The notes under the pieces were generated by a model that saw only the letters and a list, made by a program, of their open reading frames with translations, had not been told where the DNA came from and searched no databases. The position numbers were made by a program, and so were the translations under genes. Shown here one piece after another: positions 49,407 to 63,320 of a stretch of 64,000 nucleotides of DNA (position 1 is its first letter; each line of letters begins with the position of its first letter). Origin of the DNA: Octopus sinensis (taxonomy: Eukaryota); assembly GCF_006345805.1 (NCBI RefSeq), contig NC_043008.1, positions 4,216,001 to 4,280,000 on the forward strand. Direction: 5' to 3'.

Positions 49407-49522
49407 TCATCATCATCATCCTCGTTTAACGTCTGTTTTCCATGCTAGCACAGGTTGGACGGTTCCACCTGGGTCTGGGAAGCAAGGAGGCTGCACCAGG
49501 CTCCAGTCTGATCTGGCAGTGT
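49407..49522 (-). mobile_element. RTE LINE 3' terminus; an additional ~40-bp piece lies at 49270-49310
   Basis: (CAT)n..CGTTTAACGTCTGTTTTCCATGCTAGCACAGGTTGGACGG..CTCCAGTCTGATCTGGCAG. Confidence 0.85.
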
Positions 49523-50860
49523 TGTTTGTTAATCTTAGTTTGGTTCTAATTGAGCTGACCTATGATCAAAGCGGATTCACCCTTTTCTTCACAAACTTGT
49601 TTTGTTATTTAGGAATATATTACTTAAAATGTCATTTGCTTTTTAAAACAAATAGGATGTTAGTTTGACTGAAATTTTACTACTTTTTCTATCCGGCTGA
49701 GATTTAGCTGCTATTTCTAGTAAATTCTGTGGTTATGTAGCAAGAGAAACTCTCTTGTTAGCTTGTGCTATGATTGGTGGTTTCAGTAAAAATGATTGCT
49801 ATTTGGTTCATAAGGTACCAAACTTTTAGTTTGTGCATATCTGAGATGTATGTGCTGGGTCTCATTGCCAAACAAGCTTCTCTAATTATTGCTTGGGGCT
49901 TACTAGAAATAACAAATATGTCTCCCTCAAATTATTCCATGTTGTTCTAAAAAGACACAACAGATTGGACAACATAACCATACTTATTAAAAGTTGGTCA
50001 AATCTGTAAACCCTTTGACTCTAGGTTTGTTTAATTAGGTTTGACTTGAAGCTAAACAACACTGACAGTAAATATCTTTATTCCAAAACTTAACTAAAGA
50101 AACTTCAACTATGTAAATGCACTGAGGTGGCCTTACTGCAAAAACCAAAATCCTCTTTAGGTAATTGTCATTGTAATGTTACTTGACAGGGTGCATAGGG
50201 TGGAGGCCAAGGGGTTTCTTCAGGTCGTGCCACTAATTCTTCCCTTTGAGGGGTCACAGATCCAGTACTGCAGACATCTGATTAGAATGTTGCAGGAAAG
50301 GTTTGCAAAACAGAGTCTTTAAGCCAAGCCAAACTTCAGGGGACCTAGGGGTAAATGAAGAGCAAGATGGCTGGATAATATCCATAGACACAAAAGGGTC
50401 ATACTTGGGAAGCCAACTGGAAAGTGGAATTATGGGTGCTTCTGATGAGACCCGATGGAGGAGGTGCCAAATCTAGCCACAAGACTTTCCCAGGAATGGT
50501 GAGTAGTAAAAGTCTAACAATCAACATAAACATTTTCATGTTCATTGTATATGTTGGAACGGAATTATACCGGTTCTGATTTTTATTCTGTAAAGAGCAG
50601 CATATCATTTGATTAATTCTCTATGAAATCATGAAGAAATCAGTGAAAGTTGGTCGCTGAAAGAATTTAACCAATTTTCTAAGTAAGTCTTCAAATCAAA
50701 ACTATATCCAACTGATATCAGTTTTGCCAGGATTTTAAGAGCTGAAGACGTTTGTATGGCTTCAATTCATTAATTTTTTTTTTTTTTGTCTATATATTTC
50801 CATCTACCAACATTTGGATTATCTTATTCCATAGACTTTGTCTTTTTCCAGTTTTGTTCA

Positions 50861-50900
<40 letters not shown>

Positions 50901-51763
50901 AACTATAATTTATAAATTATGATTATTGTTAATCCTCAATACATTTCTTTCATCTCTGCTATAGGTACGTGTTTACCAATAGCTATGTTTAATACTAGAT
51001 CCTCTCTGATGACATGCAATCAGAAGCATTCCAGGCTTGACCATCCTGTCTTTTTGTTTGTTCTTTTTTTCATACATATTGTACCTTGAACCACATTATG
51101 CTTTCACATACAGTTTGAGGCAAATTTACTTGCTATTTCTAAGAAGTTGAGTTACAACAACAATACTTTTATTGTAGTTAACTTTAATACTCCTGGAATT
51201 GTAAAATACTCCATAAAATTGACCTTACTCAATTGAAGAGCCACAACATCAACCAGTTTCAGTATTTTCATATTAATCTCAGTTTCTGGGGGAATAATCA
51301 AAGAAAACTTGTATCAATATACTCATAGAAGCTTCTAGAACATTGTGCCTCTTATTGTAGAATCTGTCAGAGAACAGCTGGAATAAATGTAGAACTCAAA
51401 AGATAGTTTTTTTTTATAAATATAACCTGTGAAGGTGAATATTGTCAGAACTGAAGAATACAAAAAGAAAGCAGGAACTCAGTACTGTGTAGTCAATAAA
51501 AAACTATGGGTATAGTAGTTACTATGGCTTAATTAGTTACATCATATCACATTTTAATGAACGTTTGACTGTTAGAAGACTTAGAAAATAGGTTATTTTG
51601 CATTGGATGATACAGGATCATATACACATGAAAGAGAAACGCTTTTTGTTGTTAAATGTATAAGGAGAAGCATTCCGGTTGTGACCTTCTCAATTTTTGT
51701 TTTACTGATAACATCTAATGGCTCTTTTCTTTTACGAGATGTCAAGATGCGTTTTTTGATGAT

Positions 51764-51920
51764 ATGGCTGTGGGCATGGGTATGTGGTTAAGAAGTTTGC
51801 ATTGCATCCACATGGTTCTGGGTTCAATCCCACTGCACAAAATCTACTACCATAGTCTCAAATTGGCAAATGCCTTGTGAGTGGAACTGGATAGATCAAA
51901 ATTACAGAAATCCATAGTGC
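51764..51920 (+). mobile_element. SINE family A head, diverged
   Basis: GTGGTTAAGAAGTTTGC..CACATGGTTCTGGGTTCAATCCCACTGC..GCCTTGTGAGTGG. Confidence 0.75.
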
Positions 51921-52578
51921 ATGTGTGTGTGTGTGTGTATACATATCTGTCTATCTATCTGTCAGTCTCTCTCTCTCTTTCTTTCTATATACACATGCAC
52001 ACCACACCCACACACATATATATATAATATATATATAATCTTGTATGCATGCATGTAGGCATGTACCTTTCAGCAATGCATATTAGTGAACGATGTAAAC
52101 ATCAACAAGAAACCCACAAACACTTTGGTGTTTTCAAAGAATGAGACTCAGTTTGGTATTTTATTCCATCAAGCTGGACAATGTCTTGTCACTCTTGTCC
52201 ATTAGCAATAAGGTTGAACCAGAAATTGGCTCATTGGAAATCTGTTACTAATTAGCTATCATTGCTCACTAAATGATATAAAATATAATTAATTCCAGTT
52301 CATTGAAAAGCCGTACAAAAGCCTCTCTGTTAGTACAATGTGCTTAATTGTAAACTAATCAAATTCCTTACATTGTATTTAAAAGTAAAATACTATTCCT
52401 TCAGACTCAGAATGTCATTTTTGTATAAGTGAGGAAATATCTAAAATGTGTTTAATCTGGGAAGTAAGCAATCTGCTTTATAGATCTGACATTTTGCTAA
52501 ACATAAACGGTTGTTGTGAAATATAGGAGTTCAAACAAAGGAGAGAACGATATGTAGTAGCTGGGACATATACATTAA

Positions 52579-53250
52579 ATCATCATCATCATCATCATCA
52601 TAATCCGGTTGTGCTTAATGCATGGATTGTTGTGATTCTCTCTCCCCAGTCTGTCCAGTCCACCATTACACATGGCAGGGCCTCTTGCATGTGCTCTGAG
52701 TCCTCTCACAGTTGCTTTATGTAGGTTCCATGTGATCTGCCAACATTTGTGTACACATGCTTTCGTTCCAAAAGACCATCACTGATGACCTCATCCAGCA
52801 ATGTCCAGCAGATCTTGTTCTCCTTTGTCTGATGACATGTGATATTGGTGGGGAATTACCATCAAGAAGTTCTTTCATAGGTGTTGGTCTCCAAATGTCC
52901 AGAGCAGCTTGAAACATTCTTGTATAGGTTCCCATCGATTTTCTTTTCAAGATGCTTTGTTCAAGTCCATGTTGTACATCCATATCACAGAACTGGTTGC
53001 ACAACCACCTAAAAAACAAAATCACATTTCAAATTCAATGGAAGCTTAGATTTCCAGAGCCATTGGTAATTTATTTAAAGCTGCCCAAGCGTTACCAATT
53101 CCATCATGAACATCACTTGCAGACAGATATTCCTTTGCAATTTTCTTTCTGGGATATGTGAATTTGTCAACATTTTCCTAGGATTTTCCAGACATGGAAT
53201 TAATGGTGCCACTCTGGTTGTGCATATATTCTGTCTTGAAAGAGTTGGCA
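52579..53250 (-). pseudogene. RTE-clade LINE of a second family, C-terminal fragment with (GAT)n tail
   Basis: GTYTRMFQAALDIW...ELLDGNSPPISHVIRQRRTRSAGHCW; (CAT)n at 52579-52601. Confidence 0.8.
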
Positions 53251-55616
53251 TAAATCATGCTGTTGTGTATTAGGAATGAAGTTGATCATTCGTGATTAGT
53301 AACTTCAAGTGCCAAAAGTATTCTCAGAAATCAATGGCTTTTACTTGACTTAATAGAACTTATGGCATTTAGATTGATATCAAGAGCTGTTTAAATATTT
53401 CATAATCTTTTTATTGACTGTCTTGCAGATTTTTTGCTTGTTTTTTAAATCAAACCCTTTGATTTGTGGTTAGAAACTGTCTCTGAGTCATATGGTCTTT
53501 TGACGGCTATGCTATGTTCTTAGGTTCCATTTGAAAAAATGGAACATTTGAGGATCACAAGAATTTTAAGGAGACGACGTTTACATATCCAAACTGTTGA
53601 AAGTACTATCACTTGTAACGTAACTTCCATATTTCATTCTTTGTGTTATTTTGAACAGCATCAATATTGAACATTACATTAGCTGCATGTTATTGTTTTT
53701 CCCCACTTTTTCTTGAATCTGGTTTTATAGCCAGGTATTGAAAACTTTGCTCGCCCACATCAGTTTGCATTGACTCACCCTGTGCAGCAAAGTGCCCCGC
53801 ATCAGGTTATTTTTTATTTCTATGTATTTTTCAATTTCTAAGTTCTTTTTGTGTGTATGTATGTGGTTTTTTTGTGGGTTTTTTTTTTTTGTAAACATAA
53901 AGTACATATTATTAATGTTAATATTTGGCAGAATTGATAGCTTATTCTCCTCGAGCACATTTATGTCTTTATATGATTTTGCTTGCTAATACACCATTTT
54001 GTCTGCACAGAAATGGTCGTTTTCGTAAGCTATTAGAAGCACTTCCTTTTTAGATGATACAGCTGCAATTAATAACCATTGCAAATACTAAAATGCTTTC
54101 TCTTTCAGCTAATAGCATCTATAAAATGGGTACAGAAGGAAATTAGGTTCAGAAAGGGGACCACGAATGAAAACAAGAAAGAAATGTTGAAAATCATTGC
54201 TCTTCTAGACAAGCAATAAAATTTAAAAGCAACAAATAAGGAAAGAACAATGACACAATTTAAAAGCATTTTTTTTAAACTTTTAAGCCCATTAGCTTGG
54301 ATAACTTATTTGTTATCCAATCTAAATCTATGATATGCAAATGGAAAGAAGTTATTTTAAATTTTAAGTAATATTCCGAATCTTTGAAAAGAAAAATTTA
54401 TTTGGGAAAAACTGAAATACTTAGAAATTTCATTGTAACCATTGGAAGAATATTTCATATTTTTGGAATATACTTGTTCCTCTTTCTTCTGAAGTGGCTT
54501 TTGCTGTACCTAAGTCGAATTCTTAAAGACATCAAAGTGTTTTGCCAAATAACAAGAAGCTATGGCAATAATGCTTTCCTAGATGATGCCTACAAACTTG
54601 TAATATTATTGTTTAGCTCCAGCTCAACCACTAATTGAGTAGACTTCATAATGAAGATATTCTGGACAATTCTATCCTATATTTTTAGAGTTATTTAGGC
54701 GTACACCATCAAATGTTCACTTTTCTTATTTTAAGATATGATGTGATTTGCATCTAGAAACATGCTGTACACATGTTCTTTAAACTTGCGTTAGAATACA
54801 AATAGTATTGAAAATTAAATTAAAATATTGGAAACTATAAGTATGAATTACTTTGAGGCACTTGGGATTTATAGAGTTTTCTAAACATTATGAAATATAA
54901 AGAACAGGTATGTGTTAGGCAATATTATTACTATTTAATTGCAAAAGTTTTGGGGATCAGGTGATTAGCTACAGTATTTCATCATATGAACTGCAAAACA
55001 TTGCATTCGTGAAAGTTATGTTCCAAATTTAGTTTCCAAAGCATTAAATCTGCTGTTGTTCACCACAACTAATAGCAAAATAGCTGAGATAATAAGGGAA
55101 CAATTTTGTGTGTGGTAACTCAGTCTGCAGGACTAGCAGCCAAATCTTACTTAAATGTACCTTGCTGTCTTTAGAAAAACAAGGGCACATTGGATATTTC
55201 AAGGCACACTATCTCAAAAAAAAACAAAAAACAGAATCAGAGTAACAATGCCTTTCATCCTACCTAGTTTCTTGGGGATAAACAACATAAGATGGCTGGA
55301 ATAAAATTGCAAATCTCAGAAACATCAAGAGATTACCAAAATGTGTTGATTTATTTTACTGTAAGCCCAACAAAATATATACGACAGAAAATTTTAAGAT
55401 AGATTTTTAATGATATAATGGAATTTGTTTGGATGAATTTTTAGTGAAAACTGGTTAAATACGAAATGATTAGATTGAATAACAGTTGCTCTGAACACAA
55501 GAACAACGAATAATTAATGATTAGCATAAAAAAAGCTGAATGTATATATTTTCATGTGTCTATATATTTTGTTACAAATTATAAGAAAGTTACACACTTA
55601 TACATGCACACACCAC

Positions 55617-55756
55617 TGCATGTGTGTGTGTGTGTGCATGCACACACACACACACATGTGCATGCACACACACACACATGTGCATGCACACACACACACA
55701 TGTGCATGCACACACACACACACACATGTGCATGCACCACACACACACATGTGCAT

Positions 55757-55791
<35 letters not shown>

Positions 55792-56246
55792 ACACATGTG
55801 CATGCACAACACACACACACATGTGCATGCACACACACACACACATGTGCATGCACACACACACACATGTGCATGCACACACACACACATGTGCATGCAC
55901 ACACACACATGTGCATGCACACACACACACATGTGCATGCACACACACACACACATGTGCATGCACACACACACACATGTGCATGCACACACACACATGT
56001 GCATGCACACACACACATGTGCATGCACACACACACACACATGTGCATGCACACACACACATGTGCATGCACACACACACACATGTGCATGCACACACAC
56101 ACACATGTGCATGCACACACACACATGTGCATGCACACACACACACACACATGTGCATGCACACACACACACACATGTGCATGCACACACACACACACAT
56201 GTGCATGCACACACACACACACATGTGCATGCACACACACACACAT
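55617..56246. repeat. Composite minisatellite: ATGTGCATGC core + variable (AC)n spacer, roughly 28 units
   Basis: Direct reading; near-strict purine-pyrimidine alternation. Confidence 0.95.
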
Positions 56247-56348
56247 GAAAGTCTTCCACAGTTTTTTTGTTTAGCAAATTCCACTCAAAAGCTACAAGTC
56301 AACTTGAGGCTATGGCAGAAGGCAGAGTGCCACATGTCTGCACTCATG

Positions 56349-58390
56349 TGATTTATATACTAATGCTGATGGTATATACTGATTTATATACTAATGCTGA
56401 TGGTATATACTGATTTATATACTAATGCTGATGGTATATACTGATTTATATACTAATGCTGATGGTATATACTGATTTATATACTAATGCTGATGGTATA
56501 TACTGATTTATATACTAATGCTGATGGTATATACTGATTTATATACTAATGCTGATGGTATATACTGATTTATATACTAATGCTGATGGTATATACTGAT
56601 TTATATACTGATTTATATACTAATGCTGATGGTATATACTGATTTATATACTAATGCTGATGGTATATACTGATTTATATACTAATGCTGATGGTATATA
56701 CTGATTTATATACTAATGCTGATGGCATATACTGATTTATATACTAATGCTGATGGTATATACTGATTTATATACTAATGCTGATGGTATATACTGATTA
56801 TATACTAATGCTGATGGTTAATACTGATTTATATACTAATGCTGATGGTATATACTGATTTATATACTAATGCTGATGGTATATACTGATTTATATACTA
56901 ATGCTGATGGTATATACTGATTTATATACTAATGCTGATGGTATATACTGATTTATATACTAATGCTGATGGTATATACTGATTTATATACTAATGCTGA
57001 TGGTATATACTGATTTATATACTAATGCTGATGGTATATACTGATTTATATACTAATGCTGATGGTATATACTGATTTATATACTAATGCTGATGGTATA
57101 TACTGATTATATACTAATGCTGATGGTATATACTGATTTATATACTAATGCTGATGGTATATACTGATTTATATACTAATGCTGATGGTATATACTGATT
57201 TATATACTAATGCTGATGGTATATACTGATTTATATACTAATGCTGATGGTATATACTGATTTATATACTAATGCTGATGGTATATACTGATTTATATAC
57301 TAATGCTGATGGTATATACTGATTTATATACTGATTTATATACTAATGCTGATGGTATATACTGATTTATATACTAATGCTGATGGTATATACTGATTTA
57401 TATACTAATGCTGATGGTATATACTGATTTTATTATACTGATGCTGATGGGTAATACTGATTTATAACTAATGCTGATGGTATATACTGATTTATATACT
57501 AATGCTGATGGTATATACTGATTTTATACTAATGCTGATGGTATATACTGATTTATATACTAATGTGATGGTATATACTGATTTATATACTAATGCTGAT
57601 GGTATATACTGATTTATATACTAATGCTGATGGTATATACTGATTTATATACTAATGCTGATGTATATACTGATTTATATACTAATGCTGATGGTATATA
57701 CTGATTTATATACTAATGCTGATGGTTATATACTGATTTATATACTAATGCTGATGGTATATACTGATTTATATACTAATGCTGATGGTATATACTGATT
57801 TATATACTGATTTATATACTAATGCTGATGGTATATACTGATTTATATACTAATGCTGATGGTATATACTGATTTATATACTAATGCTGATGGTATATAC
57901 TGATTTATATACTAATGCTGATGGTATATACTGATTTATATACTAATGCTGATGGTATATACTGATTTATATACTAATGCTGATGGTATATACTGATTTA
58001 TATACTAATGCTGATGGTATATACTGATTTATTACTAATGCTGATGGTATATACTGATTTATATACTATGCTGATGGTATATTCTGATTTATATACTAAT
58101 GCTGATGGTATATACTGATTTATATACTAATGCTGATGGTATATACTGATTTATATACTAATGCTGATGGTATATACTGATTTATATACTAATGCTGATG
58201 GTATATACTGATTTATATACTAATGCTGATGGTATATACTGATTTATATACTAATGCTGATGGTATATACTGATTTATATACTAATGCTGATGATATATA
58301 CTGATTTATATACTAATGCTGATGGTATATACTGATTTATATACTAATGCTGATGGTATATACTGATTTATATACTAATGCTGATGGTAT
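56349..58390. repeat. 31-bp tandem satellite GATTTATATACTAATGCTGATGGTATATACT, about 65 copies
   Basis: Period 31 (56350, 56381...), highly homogeneous, no unique spacers. Confidence 0.98.
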
Positions 58391-59216
58391 TCCTTGAAAT
58401 CTTAAAAGAATTAACAATCGTCGGTCACTTGAAATTATCATGATCCTAAATTTCAAGTCTATGTAGTGAAAATTGTTTCTTGGTATAAAATGTGCTTTTA
58501 AAGTTGTAAACCACGAATTTACGATTATTCTTCAGACTATTAACATTGTTTTTAGAGTGTATATTTACAGTGTTTATATTTGCTCTACATTTCGATCAGT
58601 TTAACCTCTGATCATTGTCAAGTATTATTTTTATTTCCAAGTTTGTGTTCTGAGTTCATTGAGATATAAAAATCTCCAGGAATAACACATCCAACGATGA
58701 TTGGAGATCAAACCAATCAAAATAGAGTGTATGTATAAATGTTGTAAAGATTAGGTTAATAGTCCAGAAAAATTTAATCTTATTAACATCAACTAATCCC
58801 AAGCATTTAGACATTTAGTAAGCCATTATGATAAAATTTAATGCTACATATTTTACATAGTTTCTAAAATATTCCTTGCATTATTCTATAATCCTTCATA
58901 ATCTCATTATTTTACTGAATTTCAGAATATTGAATGACTTTATTTTTATATTTTCTGTATTAAATATCCAGAAAAACTCTTTTCCATTTTATTGAAAGTA
59001 TAAATTGCATTCAGAAATAGACAAATTTTTGTAGGGAGTTTTTTGACTCATTATTTCAAGGACTAGCTGAATCTCAGTCCCCTTCATCTTCTTTCATTTA
59101 TTTTTTTCTTGTAGCTTCTTTTATTGTGTGAGCTAAATTAATCCAAGGTATGGTTTGAACAAAGAGCTACAAGTTCAGGGATTATGTGAATCAATCTATA
59201 TATATATATATATATT

Positions 59217-59410
59217 GCTCTTTTACTTGTTTCAATCATTTGACTGTGGCCATGCTGGAGCACCACCTTTAGTCAAGCAAATCAACCCTAGGACTTATTC
59301 TTTGTAAGCCTAGTACTTATTCTATCAGTCGCTTTGCCGAATCGCTAAGTTACGGGGACGTAAACATACCACCATCAGTTGTCAAGCGATGTTGAGAAGA
59401 CAGACACAGA
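59217..59410 (-). mobile_element. SINE family A 3' half
   Basis: CTCTTTTACTTGTTTCAATCATTTGACTGTGGCCATGCTGGAGCACC... matches 5461-5660. Confidence 0.88.
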
Positions 59411-59738
59411 CACACAAACATATACACACACATACATATATATATACATATATATATATGCACACATATATATATATATACATATATATATATACACATA
59501 TATATATATGAATATATATATATACTCATATATATATGTGCACATATATATCACAGTTGCCCGACAAACGGGAACATGACACACTGAGTAGTAGTTTTTT
59601 GTGATGACTTTGCAGCTTTAATAAAAAAAAAAGCATACTACTCTACCTCCTGTATTCAAGTACAACTTTTTTACCACCTTGTTTTGCATTGATATGCTTG
59701 CTCATGTATACACACACACACACACACATACACACACA

Positions 59739-59771
<33 letters not shown>

Positions 59772-60489
59772 CACACGCACACACACACACACACACACAC
59801 ATACATATTGATATGCATGTGTGTGCATGTGTCTATGTATGAATATACCTAGCTGTGTGCATGTCTTATTTCTGAAATGTTGGAAGCTAATAAACAAGGC
59901 AGTAGCTATAACAGCTTGACTTATCATGAGGAGTTATCAATGGAAAGATTTCACTACTCTATTGCTATAAAACAACGAAATTGGAGTACATTCGGTTCTT
60001 ACAATGATTTCAAAATATTTCTGCTGTGTTTAGCTTGTATTGCATTCAACAGTTTTTGTACTGAATGACAGATGTGAAATAAAGTATAAAGAGTAAACTG
60101 GTTAACACTCCTTTCAGATACTTTCTGCTGTTCTGTGGCTACTTGATACTTTCTGGAGTTTCTTTCATTTGTGATGTGTGAAGGGTTGAGTAAATTAAAT
60201 ATTGGCTTCTTAGAAGGACAACACTGAAATACAATATCTTTATAAGCTATTAAGAAGTGGAAAATTAACTTTAGCACATTATTTCTTATATCATTTTCAG
60301 TTCAACATTATTCTCACGTGTGTGTGTGTGTGCTTAGGTTTGACAGAATAGTTAAGAAGTTTCCTTCCCAACCATAGTTCAGATTCATTTCTACTGCTTA
60401 GCATCTTAGGCAGATGCCTTCGACAATAAATCTATGATTAAAAGGTATTCCCACCATGGCTCTCTCTTATGTCTAGGACTACGTAAAAC

Positions 60490-60840
60490 TGTCATTCTTG
60501 CCTTCAAGACAGAAAAGTGTGATTTGACTGAGGAGGTAGCTGTTATTTCTAGCAGGCTAGGCAAGCACATGTGGAGTCTCAGTACAGTAGTTTTTGCAGT
60601 TGTTGTTAAGCTGCTTAAGGTAAATTTTAATCTCACAGACTTTATATCAGAAATATTCCAGCCATTATGATCCTGGTTTTTTTTTTTGGAGGTGTGTGTG
60701 TCTTTTGTTCTTTTTTGCAGGCAAGTGTATCTAAGGTTATATTATCCAATGTGTCCTTCATTTTCCTTCAGATGGTAGGGAGACTTTGCTTGTTATTTCA
60801 TGTAGGTTGGATGACCACAGATAAGCTTCCATATTAGCTT
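60490..60840 (-). mobile_element. Degenerate family D copies
   Basis: GTGATTTGA..GCTGTTATTTCTAGCAGG; ATCCAATGTGTCCTT..AGATGGTAGGG..GACCAC. Confidence 0.6.
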
Positions 60841-62934
60841 TAGTTGGATCAGTTACTAATATGCCTGCAGTTTTAGGATTAACACAATAAAAATATATTG
60901 TTGAATTAAATATATCAATTAGAAACATCTTAACATGTACAATTGAAATTTTGAATTAATTATTTTCATATGTTGGTGTTGTTGTTGTTTTTAATAATGA
61001 TAATATCATAGGAATAATACATCTTTCATACAATTTCAAAATGTCTGTTAGCAATTGTGAAGAATTGTTTTGAAACAATTGTGGGAGAATTGAATGCTGT
61101 ATTAGTTTTTATAATCCTTTAATATTTCCAGCAAAATTTCTAGTTTTCCTTTATTGAATGCTTGTTCAAATAATCAACGTACAAAAGAAAAAAAGAGTGA
61201 AAGCAAAATTTGAAACATTTGAGAATTATTCTGAACTTGCGAAAGGAAATTTTAATAAAGACTAAGGGGGAAAAAAATACATTTACAAAAATACATATCA
61301 AAATACATTTTACATCTTTGAAAAATTTCTTTTGATTTCACCATATCACTTATGTATATATGTATATATATATTTATATATTTTTAGTTGTAATAGAAAA
61401 CAAGGCTTCATTTATTGAGTACGGTATTGTTTAAATGGTTTGAGACAAAAGCAAAACTGTTCTAAGCCTTCCATTTGAATTCTCATTTGTCCATTGTCTG
61501 AAACATTAGGAAAGTCTATTATAAACAACCATTGATGGTTGTTTATAATGCTATATGGAACATTATAAAACTACATTATAAACACTCATTGATGATTGAT
61601 TGTTTATAATGAGGTTTGAAACATGAGAAAAATACATTATATAAAAAAAATAGAAATCATTATATAAGTGTCAATTTATTTGCTATTATTGAAAAAATAT
61701 ATATTTCCTAAAGATTTTATCCATCAGTTGTTAATGCAACATTTCCAGAATTTCTATTGCTGATGGCTTTAGAAATGTTTAACACTGACTTTTCCATAAA
61801 ATTGTCTTTATTATCCAGTTTTCATTTTATGGCCATTTTAATAGTACTCATTGGGGTTGGATAAGTTTGTAAAGTTAGAAATTGGTTTATATAACTGTAT
61901 ATAAGTAACCAACAAACCTTGTCTATAATATATATGGACCTGGTTAGAAAGTGAGTCAGGTATTTTATTTTCATATATCATTTCAACTGAGACAAGTTGA
62001 GTAAAACGGTTTAAAATGACTTGCCATTGTCAAATTAATATAGGATTACATCTAACATAGATAGAATTTGGAGATGCTAACAGTTCAGTTGACGTAACAA
62101 ATGGATGGTGAAGGCAAGAAAAACATTCAACCACAGGTTTTTATGTCTGACTGATCCCAAACATTTAAGGAAATGTTAGCAAATTGTTAGCCTTGTGATA
62201 CTTGTTCTAGCTCTGCATTCTGGGTTCAAATCCAACTAAGGTCAACTTTTGCTTTCATCCTTCAATGGCCAATAAAATAAAATATCAGAATTACAAGAAA
62301 ACTCACCAACAAGCAATGTGTTAGTTATTCCATCCCTTATCTTTCTGAGTAATTAGATGTCAAGAATGTGTCTGTCTGCAGCCAACAAAATTTGTCTTGT
62401 ATATATATATACCAAAAGAAAAAGGCAATGGTAAACATTTGTTTTACAAAAACGCTAAAGTATGCATATAACATTTCTCAAGGTAATTGTTTGTCAACCT
62501 GAGGATGCAAGGAAGAAAGAATGGCTTCATGTTCAAAATTCCAAATAGCTATCTTTTGGCCTCAAATTTCAATTAACAATTTAAATGAAACCAAATGCTT
62601 TCTTTGAATGTGAATCAAATAAAGTGATACTCAAACTGAATGTGATAGGAACAGGCTGAACTGGATGCTACAATTTCAGTGCAGGCATAGTAATGTGTCA
62701 ACTTCAGCATTTGATCCTCAGAAAAGGAGAGGTTGTTAAAAAAAAAAAAAAGAAGAAGCTTAACTTGCTACCTTTAATTTGATTTTCGTGGTTATCTTCA
62801 CCTACGATGACAAATATTGGGTAATGACTAAAAGAATGCGACTTCAAATACAAGCAGTCAAAACAAGGTTTCTCTGAGAGATCTCTGAATTAACATTACT
62901 CAGCAAAGTACATAGCTTGAGGATCAAGAGTCTC

Positions 62935-63058
62935 TCCAGGTCAAGCTGCTATTTCAGCTAAGGACTATAGTAGAAGACACTTGTCCAAGATAGTATGCTG
63001 TGGGAGTGAACTCAAAACCAAATGGTTGCAAAGTGAGCTTCTTGACTACACAGCTATG
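62935..63058 (-). mobile_element. SINE family A head fragment
   Basis: CTATAGTAGAAGACACTTGTCCAAG..GTGGGAGTGAAC..GCTTCTTGACTACACAGC. Confidence 0.75.
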
Positions 63059-63094
63059 TTGAATAATTTTCTTTGTTTTTTTATTGGTTTTTGG

Positions 63095-63320
63095 GCTTGT
63101 TTTTTTCTCTTACAACTGAATCAGCTCTGATTGCTCAGAGCTATGATTAAAGGCATTCCAACAATAGCCACCCTTGTATCTTCAGATATAAGTTAATATC
63201 AGATTATCAACCATATTTTTCTTATTAGATTTAAACAAGGTAGGGTGTAATTTGAAGGCAATTTAGCTGTTAGTTTTAGCAGATTGAGTGCCCGCATAAA
63301 GGATCCTGCATTGGCTTAGC
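63095..63320 (-). mobile_element. Family D copy
   Basis: TCAGCTCTGATT..CTATGATTAAAGGCATTCCA..GGTAGGGTGTAATTTGAAGG..TTTAGCTGTT. Confidence 0.65.

Noticed and set aside
50180-50505. GC-richer island, possible exon or TE 5' region (similar at 26080-26450)
   Set aside because: No family motif that I can identify; left unannotated.
55517-56351. Six overlapping His/Thr/Cys/Val-rich ORFs
   Set aside because: Translation of an alternating minisatellite, open in all frames. The same applies to the many (CA)n/(TA)n ORFs elsewhere in the track.
56349-58390. CRISPR-like array of ~31-bp repeats
   Set aside because: The repeats are contiguous with no unique spacers, there are no cas genes, and the context is eukaryotic.
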